Position numbers and translations under genes: made by a program. A stretch of DNA of 64,000 nucleotides from an uncultured Planctomycetaceae bacterium (lineage in GTDB: Bacteria; Planctomycetota; Planctomycetia; Isosphaerales; Isosphaeraceae): the NCBI GenBank assembly GCA_963833985.1, contig CAWIAD010000002.1, forward strand, positions 1,280,001 to 1,344,000. The letters are read 5' to 3'. This document shows positions 20,424 to 30,847 of this stretch, one piece after another; positions within the stretch are counted from its first letter, which is position 1; every line of letters begins with the position of its first letter. Below the pieces are notes generated by a model. The model was not told where the DNA came from. It saw only the letters and a program-made list of their open reading frames with translations, and did no database searches.

Positions 20424-21948
20424 TCGCGGCTCCTGGGACGCGGGTGGACGTGGGGTGGAAAACTCGGGACCGCCGGCGGGCGTTGGCCAGCACACCCTCG
20501 GCGACGAGGCGGCTGCCCAGGCAGCATGCGACGGTCCCCAGGCCCGGCCAGGTGCTGTCACCGACCAGCCAGTAGCCGGGGACGCCCAGATCGTGCGGAA
20601 TCGCGTGCTGGTTCGCATTGGCGAGCGTCTGTCGCACGCCGCCCACTGCGCCGCGCGGCCGCCCGGTGTACCGCTCGTAAGTCCTCGGCGTGGCGAACTC
20701 GCACACGGCGGCGTCTCGGCCCAGTTCGGGGTAGATTCGCCTGCCCAGCGTGATAAGTCGCACGCCGGCCTGGTGCTTTTTCGCCTGGTATACCTCCGGT
20801 GCAAGACCCTCCCACGGCCCCAGGTCGCAGTGTGTTGAGATCATCACGGCACGGTAGCCCAGGGGGGCACTCTCGGCGTCGCCGGCGGCGGAGACCGAGA
20901 CAAACATGTTGTTTCCATCACCGAGTGGCTGGGTGTAGTCGTGTAGTAGCTGGTGGTGGGTAAACGCTTGACCGGCAACCTCGCGCTCCGGGACGCCGAG
21001 GAAGACGGCCAGGGCCCCGCCCATCGCGGATAGATCGCGGCGAAGATACGGTGCTAATGCTGCGGCGACCGGTGCCGGACCCAATCGCGCCGCCAGGGTC
21101 GCTGGCACTGCGGCGATAACTTGACTGGCCGCGACGACTCCGCGACGGGCCTTGACACAATAGGCACCCCCGTGCCTCGCGACCCACTCGACCGCGCAGC
21201 CGACGCGCAACTCCCCGCCGAGGCGTCGGTAATGGGCAATCAAACCGCTCCAGAATCCGCGCATGCCGCCCCGAGCCCGTGTCAGGCCGGCGCCCCGGAT
21301 CGTGATCCCCAGCGCGGCGTTGATCAGCGGTGCCTCGGCCACGGAACTGTGGATCGTGTCCTCGATGAGCATTGCCAGCAGGCCAGCCAGCGCCTGATCG
21401 TGCCGCAGGCCGTGCGCCCGCAGGGCGTCAGCCATCGTCCAGCTCAGGTAGCGGACCAGAGGCAGGTTGCCCATGCCGACCGCTCGCGCAACGCGGAGCG
21501 CGTCGGCGGCACCTCGGATCGGCAGCTTGATGCCGCAACGGCTGGCCCGCCAGAATACGCCTGCGAGCCGGTCCAGTAGTTGCCAGAGATCTCGGTGCGC
21601 CGGTGTGTCCCCTAGAGCCCTGAGCCGCTCGAGCGTCCAGGAGGCCGGGTCGCGGTGCAGCGTCACCGTGCGGTCCGGCAGCCAGGCGACGTAGCCGGGC
21701 AGCGTCTCGCCGTCGATCGACATCATACCGACGCTCTCGAGCAACTCGCCACCGACGCCGCCGGGGCCGAAGTCCACAAGCGTGGTGGCCCCCACGTCGA
21801 AGGAGAAGCCCTTGCGTCGGAAGAAACCAGCGCAGCCGCCCGGCTGGCCGTGTGCCTCGAGGACCACGGTCGACAGGCCGTGCGCCTGGAGCCGCAAGGC
21901 CGTTGCCACTCCGGCCATCCCACCTCCAACAATGGCCGCGTCGTACAT
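20401..21948 (-). CDS. Phytoene desaturase family FAD oxidoreductase (CrtD/CrtI-like)
   Basis: GGGMAG FAD motif, PGGCAGFFRRKGFSFDVGAT, ATPRTYERYT, LVGDSTWPGLG. Confidence 0.88.
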   Translation of the reverse strand: MYDAAIVGGGMAGVATALRLQAHGLSTVVLEAHGQPGGCAGFFRRKGFSFDVGATTLVDFGPGGVGGELLESVGMMSIDGETLPGYVAWLPDRTVTLHRDPASWTLERLRALGDTPAHRDLWQLLDRLAGVFWRASRCGIKLPIRGAADALRVARAVGMGNLPLVRYLSWTMADALRAHGLRHDQALAGLLAMLIEDTIHSSVAEAPLINAALGITIRGAGLTRARGGMRGFWSGLIAHYRRLGGELRVGCAVEWVARHGGAYCVKARRGVVAASQVIAAVPATLAARLGPAPVAAALAPYLRRDLSAMGGALAVFLGVPEREVAGQAFTHHQLLHDYTQPLGDGNNMFVSVSAAGDAESAPLGYRAVMISTHCDLGPWEGLAPEVYQAKKHQAGVRLITLGRRIYPELGRDAAVCEFATPRTYERYTGRPRGAVGGVRQTLANANQHAIPHDLGVPGYWLVGDSTWPGLGTVACCLGSRLVAEGVLANARRRSRVFHPTSTRVPGAANAIRDAS

Positions 21949-22081
21949 CGTCTCTCCCCCTCGCTTGCCCGGCTCGTGATCGATCGTCGGTACCGGGTTC
22001 TCACCACGACCGGTCTCTGAAGACGTCGCGTTCCGATCCTGACTGGCATCTGCCCAGAGTACCGGAAATAACTTCAACGGA

Positions 22082-22186
22082 TTAACCGCGAGCCCGGTCG
22101 GCCTCGAACCGGCGGCAGATCGCGTCAACATGGCGCGCCAGGGCGACCTCGGGTGCCTCTTGGTCGTGGGGATAGGCGTCGCTCAA
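22082..22186 (-). pseudogene. N-terminal remnant of a planctomycete-type Ser/Thr kinase
   Basis: AGGAGG RBS then TTG: MSDAYPHDQEAPEVALARHVDAICRRFEADRARG*, like kinase N-termini (VDAICxRFE) that follow ECF sigma genes. Confidence 0.55.
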
Positions 22187-22258
22187 GGGAGCCTCCTGTT
22201 GGGCGGATCGGTTCCAGGAGTGACATGTCCGCCTGGCGATAGAGCGTGCCACGAGATT

Positions 22259-22693
22259 TCAGAACCCGGCGTCGCACCAGATCGTTCGGATCAGGGCAAG
22301 CTGTCGCGCCACGGTCCGGCGTGCGCATCCCAACCGGGCGGCAATCGCGTCTTCCGTGTCTCCCTCCATGCGCCAGACGGCGACCTTCTTCAAGGTCGCG
22401 TCGTCCAGTGCGTCGAGCAGCCGGCGGAACTCCTCAGCCATGACCGCGGCCGCCTCGGGAGTTGGCTCCGATCCCACGGCGCGGGCCAGGACGTCGTCTT
22501 CTTCACGATCTTCGTCGACAGGCCCAGGCACGTCGGAGGCGTTGCGGACGAGCCCGCCTCCACGCTTGAGACGATGGCCGCGCCGGGCCTGGGCGAAGAC
22601 CTTGCGCGCGGTGATCAGGGCGAGAAGCCTCCCGAGGTCGTCGCGGTCGGCCAGGGCGGGAATCTTCCCCGCGCCGCACCGGCACAGAGGCTG
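22259..22693 (-). pseudogene. ECF-type sigma factor, 5'-truncated
   Basis: SLCAGAARGRFP/LADRDDLGRLLALITARK..EPTPEAAAVMAEEFRRLLDAL..IAARLGCARRTVARQL; the N-terminal part is missing. Confidence 0.8.
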
Positions 22694-23068
22694 GATGACG
22701 GAGACCTTGCCAAGCTTCAGGCCCACCCCCTCGATCTTCGTGGGTTACCGGCCCCGGACGCGGCTCGGGCTCTTTACGAGTTTCTTCAGAAGCATTTTGA
22801 GCCGGGCGACGAGTGCTCGCTGTGGTCGCCTGTCGAGGCCAAAGCCCGAGGATATAGCCCCTTCTGGCGTGTCAGCTGGGAGGCGGGACCGTTGGAGTGG
22901 GGGGTTCTATTGACGCGTGGCGAGAGCATGTGGCTGCAGGAATTCGAACTCGGATACGAGCATCGGCCCGAGGTCTTGCTTCAAAGCGGCAATGGTTGGT
23001 ACACAGAGCCACATTTCCGGTTTGACATCGGGTTCGTCGAGGATCAGGGAAACCTGGTCGCAAGCTGA
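22691..23068 (+). pseudogene. Hypothetical protein, apparently 5'-truncated
   Basis: Protein-like frame LDDGDLAKLQAHPLDLRG...WYTEPHFRFDIGF starts at the ECF junction with no clear start codon. Confidence 0.5.
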
Positions 23069-23140
23069 ATTCACGTCAAAAGTGCGTCATATATTATTGG
23101 AACCGGGGTTAGAACTTGGAACTTCACAGGAGATCCAACC

Positions 23141-23509
23141 TTGTCACACATCGTGACCATCAAGACCGAGGTCCGCGACCATGCGGCAGTCAGTGCCGCC
23201 TGCCGTCGACTTGAACTGCCACCGCCGCTTACCGGCACGACACAGCTCTTCAGTGGCGAGGTCAGCGGACTGATCGTTCGCCTGCCAGACTGGACCTATC
23301 CGGTTGTCGTTGACACAGCGACCGGGCAGGTCCACTACGACAACTATCACGGAGCCTGGGGCGACCAGGCGCAGCTCGACCGCTTCTTGCAGTTCTACGC
23401 TGTCGAGAAGGCGCGGATCGAGGCCCGCAAGAAGGGCCACCAGTTCACGGAGCATTCCCTGGCCGACGGCTCCATCAAGCTGACCATCCGCGTCGGAGGT
23501 GGCTCATGA
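23141..23509 (+). CDS. DUF1257 (Ycf35-like) protein
   Basis: MSHIVTIKTEVRD..YDNYHGAWG..LQFYAVEKA..DGSIKLTI; AGGAG RBS, TTG start. Confidence 0.8.
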   Translation: MSHIVTIKTEVRDHAAVSAACRRLELPPPLTGTTQLFSGEVSGLIVRLPDWTYPVVVDTATGQVHYDNYHGAWGDQAQLDRFLQFYAVEKARIEARKKGHQFTEHSLADGSIKLTIRVGGGS

Positions 23510-23697
23510 AGTTCATCGAGATCACCGTTGACGCCAAGGGCCAGACGAAGGTCGAGACGCGCGGCTTCACTGGCGGCGAATGCCGGGAAGCGAGCAAGTT
23601 CATCGAGCAGGCGCTCGGCCAACCCGCCGAGGAGAAGCTAACCGCTGAGTACTATCAGAGCCAGGCGACCGACCAGCAGCTCAAGCAGCCCCACTGA
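23506..23697 (+). CDS. DUF2997 protein
   Basis: IEITVDAKGQTKVETRGFTGGECREAS..LTAEYY; ATGA overlap with the upstream gene. Confidence 0.8.
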   Translation: MKFIEITVDAKGQTKVETRGFTGGECREASKFIEQALGQPAEEKLTAEYYQSQATDQQLKQPH

Positions 23698-23757
23698 TTG
23701 CTTCCCGCCTTCCCCTATCGCTTCACCTTTCACCCAGAACAGCAAAGGAGAATCTTC

Positions 23758-25260
23758 ATGACGCTCACCGAGCGTTTATCGGAACTCGTGCGCGCCGCGT
23801 TCACCGGGATCTGGATCCAGTCCCACGAGCACGACGACGGGCTGATCGAGATCGCCCGGCTCTGCCGCCATCAGCAGTGGGCCCTGGCCACCTGGGACAT
23901 CGATCGCGGCCTGTCGATTGCGGGGCAGGACGATGGCTCTGGCACGACCGTCAGCGCACCGGACCCGCTGGCCGCGATCAAGGCAATCGGCTCACTGGCC
24001 ACGCCAGATGGAACCACACTGCTCGTCCTGCGGAACTTCCACCGTTTCCTGGGGAGCATCGAGGTTGTTCAAGCACTCGACACGGCGATTGCCGCCGGCA
24101 AGCAGAACCGGACGATCCTGGTGATCCTCTCGCCCGTGCTGCAGATCCCGAGCGAGCTGGATCGCCAGTTCGTCGTCCTCGAGCACGATCTGCCTCCTCG
24201 CGAGCAGATCCAGCAGATTGCCCGCTCCATTGCCACCGAACCCGGCGAGCTGCCCGACGACGAGGATCTTGGAGCCGTGCTCGATGCCGCGGCTGGTCTC
24301 ACGAGGGTCGAGGCCGAGAATGCCTTCTCGCTCTCACTGATCCGCCATGGCCGGGTGACACCGGATGTCCTCTGGGAGCTGAAGGCTCAGACGCTCAAGA
24401 AAAGTGGGCTGATGACGATCCACCGTGGCGGCGAGACCTTCGCTGACCTGGGCGGCCTGGACGCCTTGGAGGCGTTCTGTAGCCGTTCGTTGACCCGCAA
24501 GACGGGCAATGCACTCGCACGTCCCAGGGGCGTCCTTCTGCTGGGCGTTTCGGGCACGGGCAAGTCGGCGTTTTGCAAGGCGCTGGGCAACGAGGTGGGC
24601 CGTCCCACGCTCATGCTCGACCTCGGGGCGCTGATGGGCTCGCTGGTCGGCTTGACCGAGGAGCGGACCCGGCAGGCACTGCGCATTGCCGACGCGATGG
24701 CACCCTGCATCGTCTACATCGACGAGATCGAGAAGGGCCTCTCCGGTGTGCAGGCCAGCGGGCAGACCGACAGCGGCGTCTCGGCCCGGATGTTCGGCAC
24801 GCTCCTGAGCTACCTCAATGATCATGAAAGCGATGTCTACTTCGTCTGCTCTGCCAACGATGTCAGCAAGCTGCCGCCAGAGTTCACTCGTGCCGAAAGG
24901 TTCGACGCGATCTTCTTCCTGGACTTGCCCGGGGCGAGGGAGAAGGAGCAGATCTGGCGGCTCTACCTGGAGCGGTTCGGCATCGATCCCGCCCAGCGCC
25001 GGCCCGAGGATCGCGAGTGGACCGGCGCCGAGATCCGGGCCTGCTGCCGGCTCGCGAGCCTGCTCGACATCCCGCTGGCTGAAGCCTCCTCGAACATCGT
25101 CCCCGTGGCCATCACGGCCGGTGAGTCCGTCGAGCGGCTGCGGAACTGGGCCGCGGGCCGCTGCCTGTCGGCAGAGCGGCCGGGCGTCTATTCGCGCGTC
25201 GCGGACTCGACGGGTCGGTCCGGACGCAAGCTGCGCCGCGGCGACGCCTCGCTCAACTGA
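23758..25260 (+). CDS. Ycf46-like AAA+ ATPase
   Basis: Degenerate N-terminal domain; Walker A GVSGTGKS, Walker B YIDEIEK, PEFTRAERFD. Confidence 0.9.
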   Translation: MTLTERLSELVRAAFTGIWIQSHEHDDGLIEIARLCRHQQWALATWDIDRGLSIAGQDDGSGTTVSAPDPLAAIKAIGSLATPDGTTLLVLRNFHRFLGSIEVVQALDTAIAAGKQNRTILVILSPVLQIPSELDRQFVVLEHDLPPREQIQQIARSIATEPGELPDDEDLGAVLDAAAGLTRVEAENAFSLSLIRHGRVTPDVLWELKAQTLKKSGLMTIHRGGETFADLGGLDALEAFCSRSLTRKTGNALARPRGVLLLGVSGTGKSAFCKALGNEVGRPTLMLDLGALMGSLVGLTEERTRQALRIADAMAPCIVYIDEIEKGLSGVQASGQTDSGVSARMFGTLLSYLNDHESDVYFVCSANDVSKLPPEFTRAERFDAIFFLDLPGAREKEQIWRLYLERFGIDPAQRRPEDREWTGAEIRACCRLASLLDIPLAEASSNIVPVAITAGESVERLRNWAAGRCLSAERPGVYSRVADSTGRSGRKLRRGDASLN

Positions 25261-25316
25261 GGAAGGCCATTACTGACCTATCGCTTTGATGGTGCACATT
25301 CAGGCGTTTGTCTCGT

Positions 25317-25351
25317 GGATGGCGGCTCGGGTCGCCATCCGTGTTTTCTTT
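25317..25351 (+). terminator. Intrinsic terminator-like hairpin
   Basis: GGATGGCGGC-TCGG-GTCGCCATCC followed by GTGTTTTCTTT. Confidence 0.55.
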
Positions 25352-25373
25352 CGACACGTACCGAGGAGGATTC

Positions 25374-25571
25374 ATGATCGAGCAATTCAAGAACATCAGT
25401 CGTAAGCGCGGGCGAGCCCTTCTTGCCGCTTTGGTTGCTCTCATCGCGGCCAGCACCGGCTGCGACAAGAAGGTCGATTGGCGGGGAGTGAGCACGGACG
25501 CCAGGGATGGCGGTCAGGCAGCCAGCAACGATGTTGCACCTGGAGAACCTGTCGATGCCAAGCCTCGATGA
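25374..25571 (+). CDS. Small putative lipoprotein
   Basis: GAGGAGG RBS; basic N-terminus, hydrophobic stretch, ASTGC lipobox. Confidence 0.55.
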   Translation: MIEQFKNISRKRGRALLAALVALIAASTGCDKKVDWRGVSTDARDGGQAASNDVAPGEPVDAKPR

Positions 25572-26187
25572 GCGGAAACCGCGCCGGCTTATCTCTCTTC
25601 TTGGGACCATCGCGTTGCTTATCGTCCTGGTGACCCTCGTTCTGGTCGTCGCCCAGGCCATCCGCCTGCTGAGAGGGTGGGACTTGGGGATCGCCGAAAC
25701 GCCACCGAACTTTAGCTCGTCCGGGCCAACGATCGTCCAGCTGGAGCGGCTTCAGTACCTTGTTTCGACCCGCGTGCATGTTGCCGACGTCCTTGTCGGG
25801 GAGTCGCGCTGGCTGGAGGGCTGCTGGATCATTCAGGGCGATGCGCTGCTCGCAGTCGACATCGCAAAGGCCGAGCTCAAGGACAGGAACGAGCAGGCCA
25901 GGACAGCCGTCATCGTGCTGCCCAAACCGGCCGTTCTATCGGCACGTGTCAACCATGAGAAGACCCAGGAGTGGGATATCAAGTCACGCAGCTGGGTGCC
26001 GCTGGCGAGCGTTCTGCTCGGCGACCGGACTGCCATGGAAAAGCAGGCCATGCTTCAGGCACAGCAGCTTGTTGAACGTGCGGCTGGTTCAGACGACAAC
26101 AAAACGACGGCGCGGCAGGGCGTCGAACGGATGCTCACCGAGTTCTATCGAGCCGTCGGCTGGGGCATCTCAGTCCAGTGGAGATAA
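25555..26187 (+). CDS. DUF4230-like membrane-anchored protein
   Basis: N-terminal TM helix; LERLQYLVS, GDALLAVD, IVLPKP, ARQGVERML..GW. Confidence 0.7.
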   Translation: MPSLDERKPRRLISLLGTIALLIVLVTLVLVVAQAIRLLRGWDLGIAETPPNFSSSGPTIVQLERLQYLVSTRVHVADVLVGESRWLEGCWIIQGDALLAVDIAKAELKDRNEQARTAVIVLPKPAVLSARVNHEKTQEWDIKSRSWVPLASVLLGDRTAMEKQAMLQAQQLVERAAGSDDNKTTARQGVERMLTEFYRAVGWGISVQWR

Positions 26188-26431
26188 GACTCCACATGGC
26201 AATTGCAATGCGGACCGCACCTTCCATGATCTGGATGCAGGTCCTGGCGAAGTGGTCCCGAGCCAATCTGCAGAGGCGACGATCCGGCCGGGCTGTCGCC
26301 CGAGCTCGTTTTTCCAGCTCGAACCCGGACACCGTGTCCGGCACAGTGTCGCCAGCCCGGCCGCCAGTTTGAGATATCGATATCTCAGGTTCAGCCCCTG
26401 CACAAGCCTGCTTCACTGCTCCAGGAGCTAG

Positions 26432-28432
26432 CCCATGTTTGGGGTGGGTCGCCCTAAGTCCTTGCGGCGCAAGGGGCGATTTTTCAGATTGTCACTACAT
26501 CACGGTTTTTTCGTCTTCCGGTGGTGCTGGCGGCCTGAGCTCGGTTAAGCCCAGCGCCTTCAGGACCCGCCGCGCATCGGGGCAGCCTCCACTGACTCCT
26601 TGCCGTTCGGGCTGATCGTCGAGACGGAGGGTCACCACCCGGAGCGTGGAGAGAGCTTGCATCGCCCTCTCTGGAGAGAAATCTATCCCAGCGTGCTCAA
26701 GTCGGCGGTGCAATAGCCGCTGGACCAGTAATGCCAGTGCAGCTACGAAAATATGTGCTTTTACTCGTTCCTCAATCTGATGATAAATCGGCCGCATGGC
26801 CAGCACGTCCTTGAGCTGGCGAAACCCGCGCTCGACATCGCTCAGGTCCTTGTAGATCGCCACGACCTCAAGCACGCTGAGCGCTGCTTCACTCGTGGCG
26901 ATCACATACTTGCCTTCGATTCCCTGCTCATTGGTCAGACCCTTCGTGTTCTCAAAGTAGCGGAAAATCCCCTTGTCGAGGTCCCACGAATAGTAACGAT
27001 AGCCATGGTTTCGTTGCAGGAGGCGCTCGGCTGCGGCGCCAATCTTCTCGGGCTGTTTCAACTTCCCTGCCGCCACACGCCCCTGCAACTTCTTCGAGCG
27101 ATTGATGTGTCCGCTCCATGGCCTTCTGACGCATGGCTTGCTCGTATTCGCGGCGCTCGTCGGAATCGACGATGATTATCCGCAAACCTTCAACTCCTGA
27201 CGGCACCTCTTGCGCCCGAGTGCGCGGTGGATTGGTCTTTTCCCGGGCGGTGATCCCTACCGGGCAAGAAATCCACTTGGCATCGTCGAGGGCAGCCAGC
27301 CACTTGGTCAACTTTGCGTTCCGCCTTCGCTTCACGCCCACAAGATAGCCATGCTTGTCGCCAGTGATCGCTTCCAGATTGTCATTGGTGATCATGCCTC
27401 GATCGCCGACAAAAACGAGGCGGCTGAAACCAAATCGCTGGTGCAGATCACGAATGGCTTTCTGCACGGTCTGGTGGTCGACTTCGTTGCCGGCCCAAAC
27501 GTGATGAGCGATCGGCCAGCCGCCCACCATCACCACTCCGACGATCACCTGGACGTTGTGCGGCTTGCCGTCCCGACTGTAGCCATGCTTGGCGAAGTTG
27601 GCCGGTCCAGCTCCCTCGAAGTAGGTGCTCGTGATGTCATAGAGCACCAGGTCCGGCTTGATACTGAACAGGTCGCGAAGGCGGTGATAAAGAGCCACCT
27701 CGATCCGTTCCTTGGCGTCCACGAGTTGATTGAGGGTCCGGTACCAGGACTCCAGTTGGCGAAAGTCGACGCGAACCCGCTTGTGCTGGTGCCAGCGAGG
27801 AACAAAACGGCGGCCTTGGCGATCACAGACGAAGTCGGTCTCCAGCCACCCCGCCAAGCCGTGTTCGCTGGCGGGGTGAATCAGGCGATTGGCAATGAGC
27901 ACGAAGGCCCGGTCAGTAAACGGCACGCCTTTGGCTTTGCCGAGTGATTCGTCGAGGATGGTCCAGAGCCCGAGTTGGTCGAACAAGGCCCGGACGGCGA
28001 GGACCGGCCCCCAGGTGGAAGCGTCCAGGATGTCGAGATCCTCGTCCCCAGCGGACTCCGACTCGACATCTTGACCGAGCAAGCGTTTTAGCTTGGGAAA
28101 CAATTCCGCAAGCAGGTCCTTGCGTCCCAGATCGGCCACGGTGTGTTGCTTGACCTTACCGTTGTCGCGATAGGCTTCGACGACGCGGACGTACTCGTTC
28201 AGCGCACCGCTGGACGACCGGACTTTTATGGTTCTCAGGTACATGTCGTGAAGTATCACGACGGAACGCGCCGATTTCAAGGCGAAATCAAGGTAAATTC
28301 CGAAGTAATCGCGTCGATATTGTCACTACACTTTTCGGAAAAAAACGGGTATGCCGCTCGCCAACCCCTGGAAAATAGAGGAATTATGCGTGGCAGCAGT
28401 CGCGCGGAAGGCGATCTCACCCCAAACATGGG
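26432..28432 (-). mobile_element. IS1634-family insertion sequence
   Basis: IRs CCCATGTTTGGGGTG and CACCCCAAACATGGG; both ends flanked by CTAG (or GCTAGC if the element ends are 1 bp inward). Confidence 0.92.
26495..28244 (-). CDS. IS1634-family transposase (frameshift ~27092)
   Basis: MYLRTIK, LYDITSTYFEG, GYSRDGK, VGDRGM, VERGFRQLK, RPIYH, AHIF. Confidence 0.92.
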
Positions 28433-28689
28433 CTAGCCCGAGGCTGGTCCTTCGAGCGCTGGGCCACGAGGAAAAGAAGTTGCGAACTCTTGATGGTTTG
28501 TGCACTTTGCGGCGAACGGCACCTCGGACAGGTCAATCCTCCACCCTCATGGCAGCAAGGGAGAATGATCTGTCTGGAGGCCCCGAGCCAGTTTGACCCT
28601 CCCACGCTCTGGGCTTGATCGACTTCACGGCTCAACGGCGCACATGGCGGGAAGGAGTGTGTGACAACCACTGACGATGGAGAAACCCC

Positions 28690-29295
28690 ATGGCAGCGAT
28701 CTGCGAAATGAATCTTGAGGACGCCGCAAGAAATGCGGTCGGCAACTGGAAGCGCTTCTCGTGTTTTTGCTGGGATCGGTTGCTGCAGCTCGACGACCCG
28801 GACAGCTGGGCCATCGTCTATACGCACAACCGGGACAGCGGACTGCTGGCCCAGTCCAACGCAGCTGTCATCGCGGACTTGCTTCGGCCCTTCGGCGTGG
28901 CCGAGAATCCGGATGTCGTTTTCGAGAGTCACTCGCACTGGGCGGTCGGTCACGTGGATGGCTTCAGCATCCGCGTCTACCGTGACGGTGGGATCACGGA
29001 CGCCTTCCGCACTTACCATGATCTCTCGGAGCGGCTGGCCGAGTACCCCATCCTCGACGAGAGCGACTACTGCGAGCGGGAACACGATGCGACCCTCGAC
29101 AACCTTGTCGACGCAGCCTGGCGGCTGAAGAGCCAGTACGAACTCCCGGACGCCTGGGAGAACGACGCCTATTCGTGGCTCTCGGACAATCGGCCTGGCA
29201 GCGTCGAGAACCATGACGACCGGGGCGGCTACCCTTCCGAGGATGAGCTCCGCGACGCCTTCGACGCCTTGGGCTACCGTCTGGTCCACGACTGA
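28690..29295 (+). CDS. Hypothetical protein (mobile-element associated)
   Basis: GGAGA RBS; 201-aa acidic ORF with YTHNRDSGLL, HWAVGHVDG, YPILDE. Confidence 0.75.
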   Translation: MAAICEMNLEDAARNAVGNWKRFSCFCWDRLLQLDDPDSWAIVYTHNRDSGLLAQSNAAVIADLLRPFGVAENPDVVFESHSHWAVGHVDGFSIRVYRDGGITDAFRTYHDLSERLAEYPILDESDYCEREHDATLDNLVDAAWRLKSQYELPDAWENDAYSWLSDNRPGSVENHDDRGGYPSEDELRDAFDALGYRLVHD

Positions 29296-29482
29296 CAGCA
29301 GCCGATGGGTACCAGATGGTTCAACCAGAGAGATGGAGCCGTTGCGATTCGCGATAGGCAATAGACTCCACGGGTGACCGTCCGGCTACCAAGGCAGCAA
29401 GCGCGGGTGAGAAAGAACTCGAATCATCGAGGGCGGATCTTACCGGCCGTTGTCACTCAGATTTCAAGAAAGGGGGGAGATC

Positions 29483-30073
29483 TTGTCCGAGCGAAGCATC
29501 CTGCTGGGGGTCAGCAGCAATTGCAGCGACGCGATCGATGGACGTGTCTTCGTGTCGATTCCGTTCGATCGACAGACTCTGGGACACCTTCCGGGTCGTG
29601 CCAGCTGCTATCGCAAGGCCAGGGAGGTCTACCCGGACCTCTACGATACCTACGAGTTTCACTACCTGCCACAGTGGTACGAGACGGGCAAGAGCGAGGA
29701 GTATGACAACCAGTCCGATCGCGACAAGCTCGCGAGGCTCTCGTACGACGCCGAACCTGGCGAGGGAAGTCCCTGTGACGGGTCTCTGTGTGAGGGCCTG
29801 GACAGGCTCGAAGCTCAGGAAGTCAACGCGCTCGTGGTCCCTGCGGAGACGCTCCCCAGCACCGGGAACATGCGTACCGAGTGCGATCAGCTCGTGATGT
29901 CGCGGCGCGGCGATGCTTCCGACATCGTCGACCTGCGATGGATCTGCTACGTCAAGCACACGGACGTCGAGCTGCGGACGACAGAGATCAATTCCGAGGA
30001 CATTGACCACTGGCTCACCGAGCTTGAACAAGAGGAGGACCATGTCGAAGAAGCGACCCAGGGTCGATCCTGA
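29483..30073 (+). CDS. Hypothetical acidic protein
   Basis: GGGGGAG RBS before TTG; co-oriented with neighbours. Confidence 0.6.
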   Translation: MSERSILLGVSSNCSDAIDGRVFVSIPFDRQTLGHLPGRASCYRKAREVYPDLYDTYEFHYLPQWYETGKSEEYDNQSDRDKLARLSYDAEPGEGSPCDGSLCEGLDRLEAQEVNALVVPAETLPSTGNMRTECDQLVMSRRGDASDIVDLRWICYVKHTDVELRTTEINSEDIDHWLTELEQEEDHVEEATQGRS

Positions 30074-30353
30074 CGACGAGGGTAGACGATTGATCGTGAT
30101 CGACCCTGGAGGCGAGGTCGTCCAGATAGCGAGGGATGTTGCATGAGCCGGCGTTCCATTCTCGCGGACGAATATCAACCAAAGCTTGAGGCTTTCGCCA
30201 TCGCATTCTTCGATCCCAGCCAGTAACAACTCCGCAGTCGTTGTCGCTTGTGCGGACGCGTCCACCACACCTGCGGACACGCACGCGGCGAATCCCAAGT
30301 GCTAAACATGTATCCCGAGACCAACGCGGGGAGAGCAACGGAGGAGATCAGAG

Positions 30354-30767
30354 ATGTCAGCCTGGTACGCGATAAGCGGCAGTGTCCAGGTCCGAAGATG
30401 CCCGGAGGTTTGCGCAATCGCCGCGAGGATCCTAGCGCACTGTGATCGCGACTTCGCGGTTCGCCTGGCACCACAGGATTCCGAGTTCGAAGAGTTCACC
30501 ATCGAAGGGGCGGGCGAATTTGCCGCGGGTGGCGTGCTGGTGCTCGACGAACTGCTCGAGTCGCTGGGCCCTTACGCGCTCGAAGCGGCCGTCCTGACCG
30601 CTGAGTACGAGAACGAGCCCTGCGAACTCGTGATCGCACCGACATCCGAAGCTGGCGCAACCGCTTTGAGCCACTACCGCATGAACCAGATCAAGCCGAT
30701 GCTACAGGACCTGACGGCTCAGGACCATCAGTCCTTGGTGATCCTCATGCGAGAGCCGGATAGTTGA
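30354..30767 (+). CDS. Hypothetical protein
   Basis: GGAGGAG RBS; 137-aa ORF with GC3 bias. Confidence 0.65.
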   Translation: MSAWYAISGSVQVRRCPEVCAIAARILAHCDRDFAVRLAPQDSEFEEFTIEGAGEFAAGGVLVLDELLESLGPYALEAAVLTAEYENEPCELVIAPTSEAGATALSHYRMNQIKPMLQDLTAQDHQSLVILMREPDS

Positions 30768-30807
30768 TTCCCGGCCCGCGTGCCGAGAGGTATGGACCGT
30801 ATTCGAG

Positions 30808-30837
30808 GGCGGACTCAGTGTCCGCCTTTTCCTTTTC
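30808..30837 (+). terminator. Intrinsic terminator-like hairpin
   Basis: GGCGGAC-TCAGT-GTCCGCC followed by TTTTCCTTTTC, immediately before a GGAGG RBS. Confidence 0.55.
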
Positions 30838-30847
30838 TGGAGGTTTC

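Noticed and set aside
30042..30305. Tiny ORFs between two hypothetical genes
   Set aside because: Possibly one broken gene, but a frame cannot be reconstructed with confidence.
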